Assembly: GCA_024137785.1 (NCBI GenBank)
Contig: JAHRHZ010000274.1
Coordinates: 11,164,210 to 11,228,209 of the forward strand
Length of the DNA stretch: 64,000 bases
From: Ginglymostoma cirratum
Lineage: Eukaryota
Direction of reading: 5' to 3'
Shown: positions 13,700-25,981 of the stretch, in pieces
How positions within the stretch are numbered: position 1 is the first letter of the stretch
Layout of the letters: every line of letters starts with the position of its first letter
Translations under genes and position numbers: made by a program
Notes under the pieces: model-generated
What the model saw: the letters and a program-made list of their open reading frames with translations, nothing else
Databases searched by the model: none
Told to the model about the DNA's origin: nothing

Positions 13700-15150
13700 G
13701 ATTAAATGCACTGTCTCCAAATTTGAAGGTAACACAAAGCTGGAGGGTGAGCTGTGAGGTAGTCACAGATGCTTCAGTGCAACTTGGACAATTGACTGAA
13801 TGGGCAAATGCATGGCAGATAACGTATAAATGTGAGATTATTCATTTTGGTAATGTTATAAAGTGGAGGTTGGCCCCCTCTGAGAACTAAAACCAAACAC
13901 CCAAAGAGGAGTGCCTCATCCTATAATCTGTTAAGGAGTGTGAAAAGTGGTGTAACCTGCCTTTCAATAATTTCTAGATGTTAAACAAAATAAGCCCCTG
14001 GCACACTCTTTTACAATTAAATGACAATTTATCTAACTGTAACAGCGAGCAAATACTAAATTATTAACAAACTGAATAAACCCCCTAACTACCAACTATT
14101 CCTGGAAAAAAAAAGCAAGATGCTAATGGTATGCTGGTCCAATAAATAGAAGGTCCACTTATATAAATTAAAAGAAATAGAATTTCATCTCTTGAAATTA
14201 CAGTCAGAACGTTGTGTCATGAATATCTTCTCTGTCAATTCTTGTCAGAATTAACAACTAGTTGTTCCGTAGGTACCTTTGATTTTGATGGTGCTTTCTC
14301 TAAAACTTACAGGGCCGTGAAAGCCAGTGATTGTCTCAAGAGCTGACAGCTGTTAACTCTGGCAGATGGCAGTTCACTCTCCTGTCTTCGACAAACTGCC
14401 CTCTTCTTTTATACCTTTGATGACGTATCAATTTATTACAATAGGATTGGTCCTATGTTGTCAAAACCATAAGACTTAAATTTAATGGTTTTTCGTAACT
14501 AAGTGCCTGGTTCAAATTAAGTGGCTAAATTCAAAACTTCTTGTCTTAATAGCGAAACAAAACTGCTGCTTGGCCTGCTAACTACACAGCCTTTTGATAC
14601 AAATGTTTCAGTTCAAGAGCTCTCTGTGTCCTTGCAAACTCACTGGAAGATGGGTGTTCTAGTTATGGAGGATGTGCAACAACAATTACCAGACTGATTC
14701 ATGGGATGGCAGAACTGACATATGAAGACAGACTGGATCGGTCAGGTCAGTATTTAGAAGAATGAGGGAGGCTCGCTAACAAATCTATATAATTGTGACA
14801 GGATTAGACATGACAATTACAGGAAGGATGTTCTGCACGACTACAGAGTTGAGAACGGAAGGTCTCAGTCTACAGCTAAAGGGTAGGTCATTTAGGACTG
14901 CGAAGAGCAGAAATTTCTTCTGCCACAGAGTGGGAAGCCTGCAGAATTCTATCACAAAAAGCAGTTGACAACAAAACATTGAATATTTTCAAAAAGATGA
15001 TAGCTAAAGTTTTTAGGACTAAAGGGATCAAACAGTGGGAGCAGAAACAGGGTACTGAGTTAGATGACCAGCCATGACGAAACTGAACGGCAGGGCAAGC
15101 TCAAAGGGCCAAATGACCTACTCCTGTTCCTATTTTCAATGCTTCTAGTT
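13700..15150 (+). mobile_element. Plus-strand CR1 3' fragment nested in the minus-strand CR1, itself interrupted at 13853-14640
   Basis: KCTVSKFEGNTKL...EWANAWQI..KCEIIHFG, resuming at 14645 and ending in tail ctactcctgttcctatttt. Confidence 0.7.
13853..14640. mobile_element. Unclassified ~790-bp insertion (possible solo LTR)
   Basis: Interrupts the CR1 frame; begins TGTTATAA; no ORF; no convincing TSD or CA end found. Confidence 0.35.
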
Positions 15151-15825
15151 TTACCCCTTACCTTTCCACCTACTTTTGTCTCAATTGCAAACTTGGCGAT
15201 AATACATTCTCTTCTCTCATCCAAGTCATGAGCAAATTTTTTAAGTAATTGTAACCCAGCACAGGTCCCTGTAGTACTTCACTAGTTACTGGTTGCCATT
15301 CTGCCAGCACCGTACTCCCTTATCCTAACACACTGTCTTCTATTTGCCCTCTAATTCCTTATCTACATTAACATATGATCCCCATCACCATAATGTTTGT
15401 GAGTAGTACCTAATCAAACATGTTTTAGAAATCCAAATATAAAAAAAAGTCAACTGTTTTCTCTATCTATTCTGTTTACTACTTTTTGAAAAGAATTCTA
15501 TAAAATTTGTCAGGCATGAAGTCACAATGACACTGCTTGCTTCCGTTATACATTGCTAGACGATTTGCTAAAGAATCCTCTAAGCCGAGAGTTATTTCTT
15601 GCCTCCCTCCCTTTTTGAATGAGGGTATTAAACTGGCAATTTTCCAATCCTCTGGGACTTTTCCAGAACTTAAGCAATCTTGGAAGATTATTACCAGCGT
15701 GTGTACTCTCTGTGTGGGTATTTCCCTAATATCCAGGGCAACATTTCCTCCGGTCCAAGAGACTACAGTTTTTAATCCCCATTAGCTTCATTAGTGCTTT
15801 TTCCTTAAGTGATAGTCATAGTGTT

Positions 15826-15914
15826 CAAAAACAGAAGTTGCTGGAAAAGCCCAGCAGGCCTGGCAGCATCTGAAGAAAAGAATCAGTTAACGTTTCGGGT
15901 CCAGTAACCCTTCG
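15826..15914 (-). mobile_element. Hammerhead-family mini-element truncated within the ribozyme core
   Basis: Reverse complement gaagggttactggacccgaaacgttaactg...atgctgccaggcctgctgggcttttccagcaacttctg. Confidence 0.7.
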
Positions 15915-17243
15915 TTGCTTATTGTGTTTATTTCCTACCTCTGTCTTTTATTTAGTAGTTCGGAATGCTTTCAGTGTCTTCTACTGTGAAGGCTGGCAAA
16001 AGGTATTTATTCAACTCCCCTGCCATTTCCTGATTCTCTATTATTATTTCATTAACCTCATTTTCTAAGGGGCCTATGTTCACTTTAAATTAATAAAAAA
16101 GGAGAGAAACCTAAAGAAACACTTACTGCCTGTTTTGATATTACTTGCTAGTTTATCCTCAAAGCTTATTTTTCCACTCGTTAGTTTAGGTTCATCTTTT
16201 GCTCGTTTTTAAAACTTTCCCAATCAGGTTTACTACTATTCTTTGTCACAATGTATGCTTTTTCTTTCAATCTGGTATTATCTTTAACTTCCCTGGATAA
16301 CCATTGCTGACTTATGCCCTTCCCAGAGTGCTCAACTGGACAAATCTTGGTTGAATCAAGAACTATTTTCTTACATGTTTACCCTTGTTCATTAATGATC
16401 TCTTTGGCTAAAGACCTTTCCCAATCCACTCCAGCCAAAGCTGTCCCCATTTCTTTGCAACTACTTATTTAAACTTAGCACTGTTGTTTCCAACCCAGGT
16501 TTCTCCCCCTCAAGTCAAAAGTTAAATTCTACCAGGTTATGGTTGCGGTTTCCTCTGGGACTTTTCACACAGAATTTATTAAACCTGCCTCATTATACAT
16601 CAGCAAATTCGATGGACTCACAACACTGTTCAATGAAACTTCCCAAACACACTAAATTATTCTTCATGGCAACCTTTGCCAATTTGATTTTCCAAATCTA
16701 TGTGTGAAGATTTAAGTCATCCGTGATGTATGTTCTTTCTTTTGTGTCTTCCCCCATTAATTCACAATATATTCTTTGCCCTACACTGCAGCTATTGTTT
16801 GGGGGCCGACAGACGACTCCGGTGTTTCCGCCCCTTGTTATTTCTTACCCCCACTCATATAAACTCTACATTTTCCAATCTAAGATCAATTCTTGTTGTA
16901 TTTATTCTTTTAGTAACAAAGCTACCTCATTATCCTTTCCCAGCCATGTGATCCTTTGATAAGTCATTTACCCAAGTATTTCTGTTCCTACCTTAGATAT
17001 ACCTGGAACCGTGTCTCTGCAATAGCTATTAAGATTACACCTATAACTCCTTTTTGTGCCATTAATTCATTTATTGTACTCCAAATACTACATGTATTTA
17101 AGTAAAAAGCCATCAATTTTACCTTGTTACACCTGCTTTGACCTGACTTGTTGCTTTTTTCCTACGTTTGTACACTTCTCTCTTCCTGTCCAAACTCTGG
17201 GTATCATTACCTAAATAGCTATACTGAAGAGCTACCAAATTCT

Positions 17244-17546
17244 GGGCAGCACGGTGGCACAGTGATTAGCACTGCTGCCTCACAGCGCCAGGCACCTGGC
17301 TTCAATTCCACCCTTGGGTGACTGTCTGTGTGGAGTTTGCACATTCTCCCTGTGTCTGCATGGGTTTCCTCCCACAATCCAAAGATGTGCAGGCTACGTG
17401 GACTGGCCATGCTAAATTGCCTGTAGTGTTCAGGGATGTGTAGATTAGGTGGCTTATAGGGGAATGGGTCTGGGTGGGATCCTCTGAGGGTCAGTGTGGA
17501 CTTATTGGCCCGAAGGGCCTGCTTCCACACTGTAGGGATTCTATGA
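17244..17546 (+). mobile_element. HE1-type SINE (tRNA head, CR1/HER1-like tail)
   Basis: A-box ggtggcacagtga, B-box-like gcttcaattcc, gtctgtgtggagtttgcacattctccc core, tail ccacactgtagggattctat. Confidence 0.85.
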
Positions 17547-19410
17547 TCCCTTTGCTTTGTAAGGCAACCTTTCCCATCTCCCAAATCCTCCATCCCTTTA
17601 GTTTAAAACCATCTCTGCAGCCCTAGTTATTTGATTTGCCAGGACACTGATCCCAACATGGTTCAAATGAAGGCCATCTCAACGAACAACTGCCTTCTAC
17701 CAGAACTGGTGCCAGTGCCCCAAGAAATGATATTCAGTTCCCTGACAAAACTTGTTACGCATTTAACTCCTTGACTTTGTTTACCCTATTCAGTTTGCTA
17801 TTTGTTCAGATAGCATTCCTGAGATTCCATTGAGGTTCAGCTTTTCAATTTAGTTCCTAAACGCTCAAGTTCTTTCAGGAGCATCTCCTTTCTCTCTGAT
17901 CAATATTATTGGTAGGTGTGAGCTATGAGAAGGATGGATTCCCTCAATCCCACTCTTAAGTTCCTCTGAAATATTACTTAATGCAGGCAGACAACACTCC
18001 CACTGGGACTGATTCATGGCTACAGAGAAAGATTCCTATCTCCCTAATTGCCTCGTCACCTACCATCAAAACACTCCTATCTTTTCCACCAACCGGAATA
18101 GCTGTCTGTACTTCAGCACTGTGGCCAATGTGCCTAGCCTCCATGCAGTCTGCGCTTTCTTCCAAACAGCTGTCAAGAACATCACAGCTGTTGGGTGGTT
18201 GCAGGGTCTGAAGCTCCTTGAATGCTACCCCTGGGGCCCCAAAACTGCCCACCTGCAGTCACACCCTCCTCTCACTGATCACAGGCCAAATTTAAATTAG
18301 CTATTCCGAGGGGGTGTGACTGCCTCCTGGAGCAAAGTGTCCATTTATCTGTTCTTATCTGTTGTACCTCAGGCTCCAGCTCCTCAACTTGGATCCAAAG
18401 TTCCTCCAGCTACAAGACACTTACTACAGATATGTTTGCTCTTGATCCTGGTGTCCAGCAGCTCCCACATGCCGTAGTGGCAACACAGCAGCATCCTACT
18501 ACCACTGCAATATTTCACTGAATTTATTCATTAATTGCTCTGGTATTCCTGTTCTTGACACTTGTAAGTCTTCTGCTCTTCATACCTGATTGTAATTATC
18601 TTTTTGTTTTCATACAAGTGTCAATTTTATTCTGAACCAGCTCTTTTTAAGGCGAAGAGAAAAAAATATGACTAGACATCTAAACGTAGAGTAAAAACTT
18701 TACTTGTAATTTAAATATGATAAATATTCACCGATTCTATTTACCTGTCAGCTACTTTCCTTGCACTGCTGTCAGGTCCAAATTCATGTCATCACTCCAC
18801 CATGGTCTCACTTCAGGTAGGGTCTCATTTCATGCTTTTTACCTTCTCCCACTCAGCTCTCATTCAAAAAATATACTATTTTGATTCTTAGGAACACAAT
18901 ATACCTTAACCAGATATTCATTAACTGACCAGCTCCTTCTCCTGTAGCACAGCAAGAATTCTCAGAGGGTGAAAACAGTCAGACAAATACAACCAAATAC
19001 CTCTTTGCCTTCCCTGCTTTAATTCTGTGCAGTGCTCAACTCTAGCATCCTGTTTTAAGTTTTACACAACAGATAAGCTTCACTTATTTAGCGACATATA
19101 AATTATTTCTAATCAACCTGTTCGATTATGTTATGACATATCTCCAGAACAGGGGAACTCAGATCTTCTGGTCTAGAGTTAGGAATGCAACCACTGTGTC
19201 ACAAGATCCCCCCTTAATATACTAATACAAAAGGCCTGAGTCAGTTAATGAGGATCCAGTTTCAGCTGGTCATTGATTAGGCTGCTCTCTTTCACTAAAA
19301 CCCTTGAAAAAAATCTGGTTAAAGTTGGCAATCATACAGAATTTCAAATGTAGCTTTCAGTCTATTGTCAACTACAACCTACAATCAAAACATATACTTT
19401 CTTATCCAAT

Positions 19411-19539
19411 CTGAGGAAGGGTCACCGGACCTGAAATGTTAACTGTTTTCTCCTCCACAGATGCTGCCAGACCTGCTGAGCTTTTCCAGCAACTTTGTTT
19501 CTGTTCCCTGTTTATAGCATCCGCAGTTCTTTTGATTTT
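19411..19539 (+). mobile_element. Solo hammerhead-cored mini-retroelement with 16-bp TSD
   Basis: Starts exactly at CTGAGGA. TSD tactttcttatccaat (19395-19410) / tacttttttatccaat (19540-19555). Confidence 0.8.
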
Positions 19540-20499
19540 TACTTTTTTATCCAATGATGCATTCATCTCTTCAACAAAAAAAAATACTTTGCAAGTAGTT
19601 TTGTTCTTAGCATTTCAATTTAATTGAATATGAACAGACAGCTTGAATCTTCAACCACCGCCAATTTGGGATATCGAACAGCCTCACGACTTATGGAAAT
19701 ACATCCCAGAATGTTATGCAGGGACATAAGCATATTACTGAACAAAAGAACAAACCAGCGTGATGAAAAAAAATTTGGACGGTCATCAAGAATTGAAGAA
19801 AGAACAGCAAGATGGAGAATGGGAGAAGTTCAGAGAAGAATTCCACAGACCAGGTGATTGAAGGAGCAACAAATGCTCAGGCGAACAAGTTCTGCTAAAA
19901 AAAATTAAGGCACCATGTTGGGAGATAGTTTAAAAGACAGGGTGGGAGAGTCACAGATGGATTTTTAACAACATACATAAATATTTTGGCTTTTACATTA
20001 TGAAGTGCCTTCATGCACTTCATAGAGTGTCACAAAGCAAAGTATAGCTCTGAGCTATACAAGGACATATTGGGGCAAATCATTAAAAAAATTGGTCAGA
20101 TATAGATTTTACACTTTTCTCTTTCAGACGTAGAACCAGGTTACAAGGTTGAATGGTTCAGGCAGATAATTCCAGAATTTAGGGCCCAGGCCTCTGGCAG
20201 CATAGGCAGCATATGTCACTTCAAAATACCAGTGTTTTCTGGCTAACATTTCTATCTCAGGCCTGTTTATGTGCTTCAGTGATGCTCAGTGCATACTGGA
20301 GGAACAACACCTCATCTTCCACCTAAATACCTTATAGCCCTCAGGACTCAACATGGTACTTAACAATTTTAGAATGTGAACAACACAGTCATTACCCACC
20401 CCCACAACCCCAAGACCTTTTTTGTACAACTAGCCCGTTTTGAACTATTTTCACTTTTCATTAGCACCTGCATAGCATTTTTCTCCCTCTTGGCTTATC

Positions 20500-21480
20500 A
20501 TTAATTGAATCGAGGATGTTCAAGAGGCCAGAATCCAATATGTACAAACTGTCAAACTGGAGAAGGTTAGGGAGATGGGGAGAGGCCACAAAGGATTTTA
20601 AAGACAAAAATTAGAGTTTCAAAGTCAACCTGCTTCCTAAAAAGTAAACAAAAATGGTCAAGGAGCAGACAGGTGTTGGTGAAAGGGAACTGATGCAGTT
20701 AATAGCATGGGCAAGAGTTCTGGATAATCTTGTTCATGCAGGGTAGAGTGCAGGCGGCTAGTCAGGAATGGTTGGAAATAATCAAATTGAGAGATTACAA
20801 AGGCATCAATGTGGCTTTCCGAGTAGGTTGGCCAAAGCAAGCATTGAGTCAGATGAGTTAGCGATAGAAATGGGTGAAGTTAGTGATGGTATTGATGACT
20901 GTGTGTGGCCAAAAATTTCACTTGGGATCATATATCACCAAGGTTGCAAATGGCCTGCATGAGCCTCAGACAGTGGTGAGGAATAGGAATGGAGTTTGCA
21001 ACTACAGAACAGAGTCCATGGTGGGAAAGGAAATAGGAAGGACTGCAGATGTTCCATGATGGTAAAAATATGCTTGACCTAGCTGTTGGATAAATGGAGG
21101 ATATTTCTACTCATCCAGAAGTCAGATAAGCAGTTGAACAATTTAGCTACAATGCACGAGTTGAGAGATGGTGGGGAAGTAAAGACTCCCATTCAGGTAA
21201 ATGACAACGAAAAGGAGGAGGTGGATGGCAATGGGCAAAGGCTACTGACAAGGTGAAAAGGGTGAGAAAGAGTAGCTTACCTTTCTCTCAGTTACACTGG
21301 CTGTAATTTGTGACTTATGCAACTGTGAATTTGGCACTATAGCAAGGTCAGAAACAAAACTGTTGGGTTTCAGAAAAGAAATTCTGTTAAAGTTGGAAAA
21401 TGGATTTTGGAAGCAACAATACGTTCAAAGGCTTGGGAGAGAAAAGTAAGTTTGGACTGCAGATAACAGGATGACTGGAT
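20500..21480 (-). mobile_element. Highly decayed L2 LINE
   Basis: HIDAFVISQFDYFQPFL resembles the L2 IHAFVTSRLDY motif; further remnants at 19790-20200 and 22200-23400. Confidence 0.55.
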
Positions 21481-21630
21481 CAAAGGTTTTTTTGAGGAAA
21501 AGGTGAACACAGGATTAGACAGAGGGATACTACTTTAAAAAAAAACTTTTTAACAGTATCACTTAATGCTAAGTACAAGTAGGGGAATTGGATGATCAGT
21601 AGCTCAGTGGGAATAGAATTTAAAAAGACT

Positions 21631-21937
21631 GGGCGGCACGGTGGCTCAGTGGTTAGCACTGCTGCCTCACAGCGCCAGGGACGCAGGTTCGATTCCCCCT
21701 CGGACAACTGTCTGTGTGGAGTTTGCACGTTCTCCCCGTGTCTGCGTGGGTTTCCTCTGGGTGCTCCGGTTTCCTCCCACAGTCCAAAAATGCACAGGCT
21801 AGGCGGATTGGCCGTGCTAAATTGCAAAGATGTGTAGATTAGGTAGGTTTGGGGAATGGGTCTGGGTGGGACGTTCTGAGGGTTGGTGTGGACTTGTTGG
21901 GCCAAAGGGCCTGTTTCCACACCATAGCGATCCTATG
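21631..21937 (+). mobile_element. HE1-type SINE
   Basis: gggcggcacggtggctcagtgg (A box), ggttcgattcc (B box), CR1-like tail. Confidence 0.9.
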
Positions 21938-23864
21938 GAAGATGATGTCCGTGAGCACCTTACACTTTGATTTCAGGTGATGGAAGAGACAGCAGCAAGA
22001 CGGATTTAAGAACTGTTTGCTGTTTAAAAAAAAAAATCCTGGGATTATCCTTGCATTCCCAAATATCTTGGAGTAGCAAGCAGTTCTAGCAGACAAGAAA
22101 AGGACTCTATAATCCTTTACGTACTGCAGTCAGATCTGGCAATGAGTGTCAAAGAAAGTTGTCCACTATACCCTTTCAAGCCTGCCTTCCTTGGATTTAC
22201 AGGCAAGAGTGAGAGCGCGCGACAGCGAGACACACACCAGTAGACATACTGGGGCTTGAGCATGAAAACGTGGAAATGAGAGTGCAGTTGAACAAATGCA
22301 AAGCTTCAGAAATAATATGGAAAACACAGACAGCAATAAAAAGTGGATTGGGAATAGCCTTTTTCTGGACACTGACTGAGAGGAGTTTGGGTTGGGACAT
22401 TAAAAGGGAAAAGTGAAAATCACACAGAGAGATTGAGGCAGTCTTTTCTGGAATTAATACAATGCAATTAGTAAGGATACATGAAAAGTTATTGTTCAAG
22501 GGGTTGATATCATATTTGGGCCAGAAAGTTTGCATAAATACAGAGAGTGAGGCAGAAGAGGGTTTGCAAACTTAGAAGAGAGAGAGAGAGAACATGACGA
22601 TGAGAGATGGAGGTTACAACCTCTAGGGTTGAAAAGTCATTCAGTGTAGAGGCCACGTGCAAAAAGCCCTGCAGCTATCTCGGCAAGAAAATCATTCTTA
22701 CATTTTGGTCGGCCACAGAGATGGAGCATTTTCAATGAGCACAGATATGGAACTGTAAAGAATTAATATGAATTTGCAAATAAGGTAGTTTACACCATCA
22801 TGGGAAGTGATCAAAAATCACATGACTGCTAGATGATTCTCTCTAGCAGCCCTTTGGTAGAGGCAAAGTCTTGTTCTGTACTCACTTATATTTACGATGT
22901 GTAAATAAAAAGGAATGTCTGCTGACAACAGACTCTTGCAACGTTTTCCAAACCCTCTCTTAGGTCCAACCAAAGTAGAATAGCAGAAGCTCAAAACAGA
23001 AAAAAAGTTGAAGGGCAGCATACAGTAATTTGGTGCTAAGGGCCATACTGCCATCACGGCCTTGGTACGACAAGTGGTGAAAAGTATAGCAAGATAGGGA
23101 TGCTTCATTTATGGTCTTGTTTCCACGTGAATGGACAGTCTGGGAGACATGCAGAAAAGGGTGCTAAGAGCTGATCTAGTGATCGACAGGGCCAGCGTGG
23201 GAAGGTGACAACAAACAGAGAATTATAAATTTGAGAAATTGGAGTCATGTAAATCAGTGAAAAGTGGTGATGGCTGAATAAGTATTAACACTGGACAGGG
23301 TATAAACAACAAAATATTTCATAAGTTAACATTTAGAGGTTGAAAGATGGTAGCAGCTCAGACTGGATATGACAAAAGCAGTGACAAGGGCTTAATCAGA
23401 AGACGAGTTGACATTGTTCATGGAGAAGGTGCACATTGACAGTATTATTACAAAGCATTTCAAGACTGACTTGTTTGGTGCATTCCAATATTGATATTCG
23501 TCTCCTATAGATGAAAGATGAACAAAGAGAATGTGATCTTCTACAGCACTTCATAGCCAGTTTCCTTTTAGTTCCATTTTCTGGACTTTGAACTGAAAAT
23601 CGGCTCTGTTCTCCACCACTTTACATTTCTGATCCCTAACAATAGCTAACTTTCTAGTTTTAACTGTTCTCTAAGACACAGGAGTAGAAATAGGCCATTC
23701 TTACAACAGTCTGCTCTGCCATTCAATGAGATAATGGTTGACTGGACAATTCAGAACTCCAGTTTCCTGGCTTTTGCCCTGTACCCCTTAGACCTTTCAA
23801 AAAAAAAAATGTTTATTTCTGACTTGAATACACAATGACTCAGCCTTTACTGCCCTCTGTTGTA

Positions 23865-24049
23865 CAGGTAGCTCTGTTATAATGCATGTTTTGCTAACGT
23901 GAATTGGCTGTAACAAGATTGATGAATAGCAGACATTGTTTGTATAATGCAAACTTTCTGCTGTACAGGTATAGCAATTTTCTACAGTGATTTTCTATAC
24001 CACAAGGTCACACGAGAATGCAACCATTGCATTATAGGAGAACAACCTG
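23865..24049. mobile_element. 185-bp Tc1/mariner (Tigger/pogo-like) MITE nested in a CR1 tail
   Basis: Imperfect TIRs CAGGTAGCTCTGTTATAATGCA / rc CAGGTTGTTCTCCTATAATGCA; TA on the left flank, TG (mutated TA) on the right; host CR1 tail continues on both sides. Confidence 0.75.
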
Positions 24050-24899
24050 TGAAGATTTAGACCGGTTCACAACCCTCAGATGAACTTCCTCCTCATCTTA
24101 AGTGTACAATTCCTTATTCTAATACTATGCCCTCTGTTGAACCCTCTCTTCCCCCTTCTGTATTTTAAGACAACTGCTTATGAAAAGTCACTGACTAATC
24201 ACAGATGTGACAACAGGAGCTTTTTCCCCCAAGGGTTGGGTAGTTCAAAACTAGGGAGCATATTTTTAAGGTGGGAGGAGAATGTTTTAAAAAGGTCACG
24301 AGGGGCAACATTTTTTACACAGTGGAATGAACTGCCAGAGGAAATGTTGGACGCAGGTACTGTTACAACATTTAAAAGACATTTGGATAAGTATACAAAT
24401 AAGGAAGGTAGTGTTTTATAGTAATAAGTATCAAATTTCAGTAGAAAATGCCTTACACACACTTAAATAATACAAGTAAATATACTTCATCTGTATTTTA
24501 CTTAATATCTACTACCAATCAATAACGAAGTAAATAAAGCACTTGGTGGTCAAAAAGTAGTTGCACATGGCTTTTTGCACCTCGCCATTTTTCCAACACA
24601 TGCACTCAGTACACACATGTAATTTATGAAGAGAAGTACTGAGACCACTTGTCCAATAAAAGCATTTTAAAATATATTTATTTACTAACCAGAAATGTAA
24701 CTAGCTACTTTTGATCCTCAGGTGCTGGTAATTAACGCACTGGACAACAATTTCTGGTAAATTCACGGTGAATGGAGTTTAGCTCTAATACCATTCACCA
24801 TTTATGTTCAGTCAGTAACAAACTTCAGAGATCCTTAATGTTCGGTCTGTTCAAAGAGATGCACACTTCAGCCAATTTTACAAAGCCTTCTAGGTGAGA

Positions 24900-25760
24900 A
24901 AGCCCACTCTTCGGCTTGAACGCAAAAATCAGGTCAAACACTTCAGTGCAATACAGAAGCAGTGATGCACTGTCAGAAGTGCTATCTTCCAGACAAGACG
25001 TTAAATCAAGGTCTAAGCTGCTTGCTCAGTTAAAAGATCCAATGGCATTATTTTAAAAATAAACAGCAGTATCCAAAAAAAATTTCTCTCTCAATCAATA
25101 TTATTAAATCAGAGAGGATGCAGAAAAGATTAAAAGGATATTACTGGAACTGGAGGGCTCGAGTTATGAGGAGAAGCTGGAACTTTTTTCACTGAAGGAG
25201 GCTGAGGTGACCTTAGAGAGGTTGGTAAAACCACGATGAGTACTGATGAGGTGAATAACAATGGTCTTTTCTCCTAGGCAAGAGGAGTTCAAAACTAGAG
25301 GGCATAATTTTGTGGTGAGAGGAGAAAGATTTAAAAAAGGGACCTGCGGGGCAACTTTTTCACACAGGTGGCTCGTATGTGGAATAAACTGCCAGAGGAA
25401 GTGGCAGATGCAAGTACAGTTACAAATTTAAAAGACATTTAGGCAGGTACATGAACAAAAAAGGTTCAGAGGGATATGGACCAAACGCGAGCAAACAGGA
25501 CTAGTTTAGTTTGGGAAACTATTCAGCAGGGATGATTTGGGCCGAAGGGTCTGTTTCCGTGCTATATGACTATAATATCACAAAATAGACTAATCGTGTC
25601 ACAATCACATTGTGGGAGTTTGCCGTGCATAAGAGCTGCTGCTTTTTCTACATTATAACAGTGACTTACAGCAGTTTAGACAAGTACTTTGTTGAATGAA
25701 AAGTACTTTGAGGTGTGTAGTGGCCATAAAAAGCACTATGTAAATGCATCTTTTCTCTTT
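24900..25760 (+). mobile_element. DeuSINE-like SINE split by a CR1 3' fragment (25111-25575)
   Basis: cagtgcaatacagaagcagtgatgcactgtcagaagtgctatcttccaga; resumes with tgtgggagtttgccgtgcat...aagcactatgtaaatgca after the CR1 piece. Confidence 0.6.
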
Positions 25761-25887
25761 GAGACAAAACAAGACAATGTTTTGTCTTGATTAAGGACAG
25801 AAGCTTAAACTTGTATCAACATAACTGCAGACAGGGCAAGCATTGCATAAATTGTGTTCAAAAAACTGTTTTCCAGTCAAACTGTTC

Positions 25888-25981
25888 AGAGATGTTATTA
25901 CACACCTCTGGAACAGGTAGGACTTGAACCCGGGCCTCTTGGCTCAAGTGTATGAATACTACCACTGTATCACGAGAGCCC
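25888..25981 (-). mobile_element. Short tRNA-derived SINE head (related copies about 19135-19210 and 39090-39163)
   Basis: rc gggctctcgtgatacagtggtagt...cccgggttcaagtcc (A and B boxes). Confidence 0.6.

Larger units (their letters stand above)
12750..18560 (-). mobile_element. Near full-length decayed CR1 LINE (ORF1 zinc-finger and esterase, endonuclease, RT, 3' tail) with several nested insertions
   Basis: 3' tail at 12750. RT remnants at 13250-13700 resume at 15157. ORF1 remnants on the minus strand: CCHYGMWELLD..HICSKC..LEEL (about 18370-18495) and VLMVGDEAIR (SGNH GDS-like, about 18030-18080). Confidence 0.7.

Noticed and set aside
13267-13890. 207-aa plus-strand ORF
   Set aside because: Mostly antisense to a decayed CR1 and crossing a nested-insertion junction; a chance open frame.
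21631-21710. tRNA genes at SINE heads (also 17244, 25888, 29583)
   Set aside because: A and B boxes continue into SINE bodies; I could not fold a complete cloverleaf.
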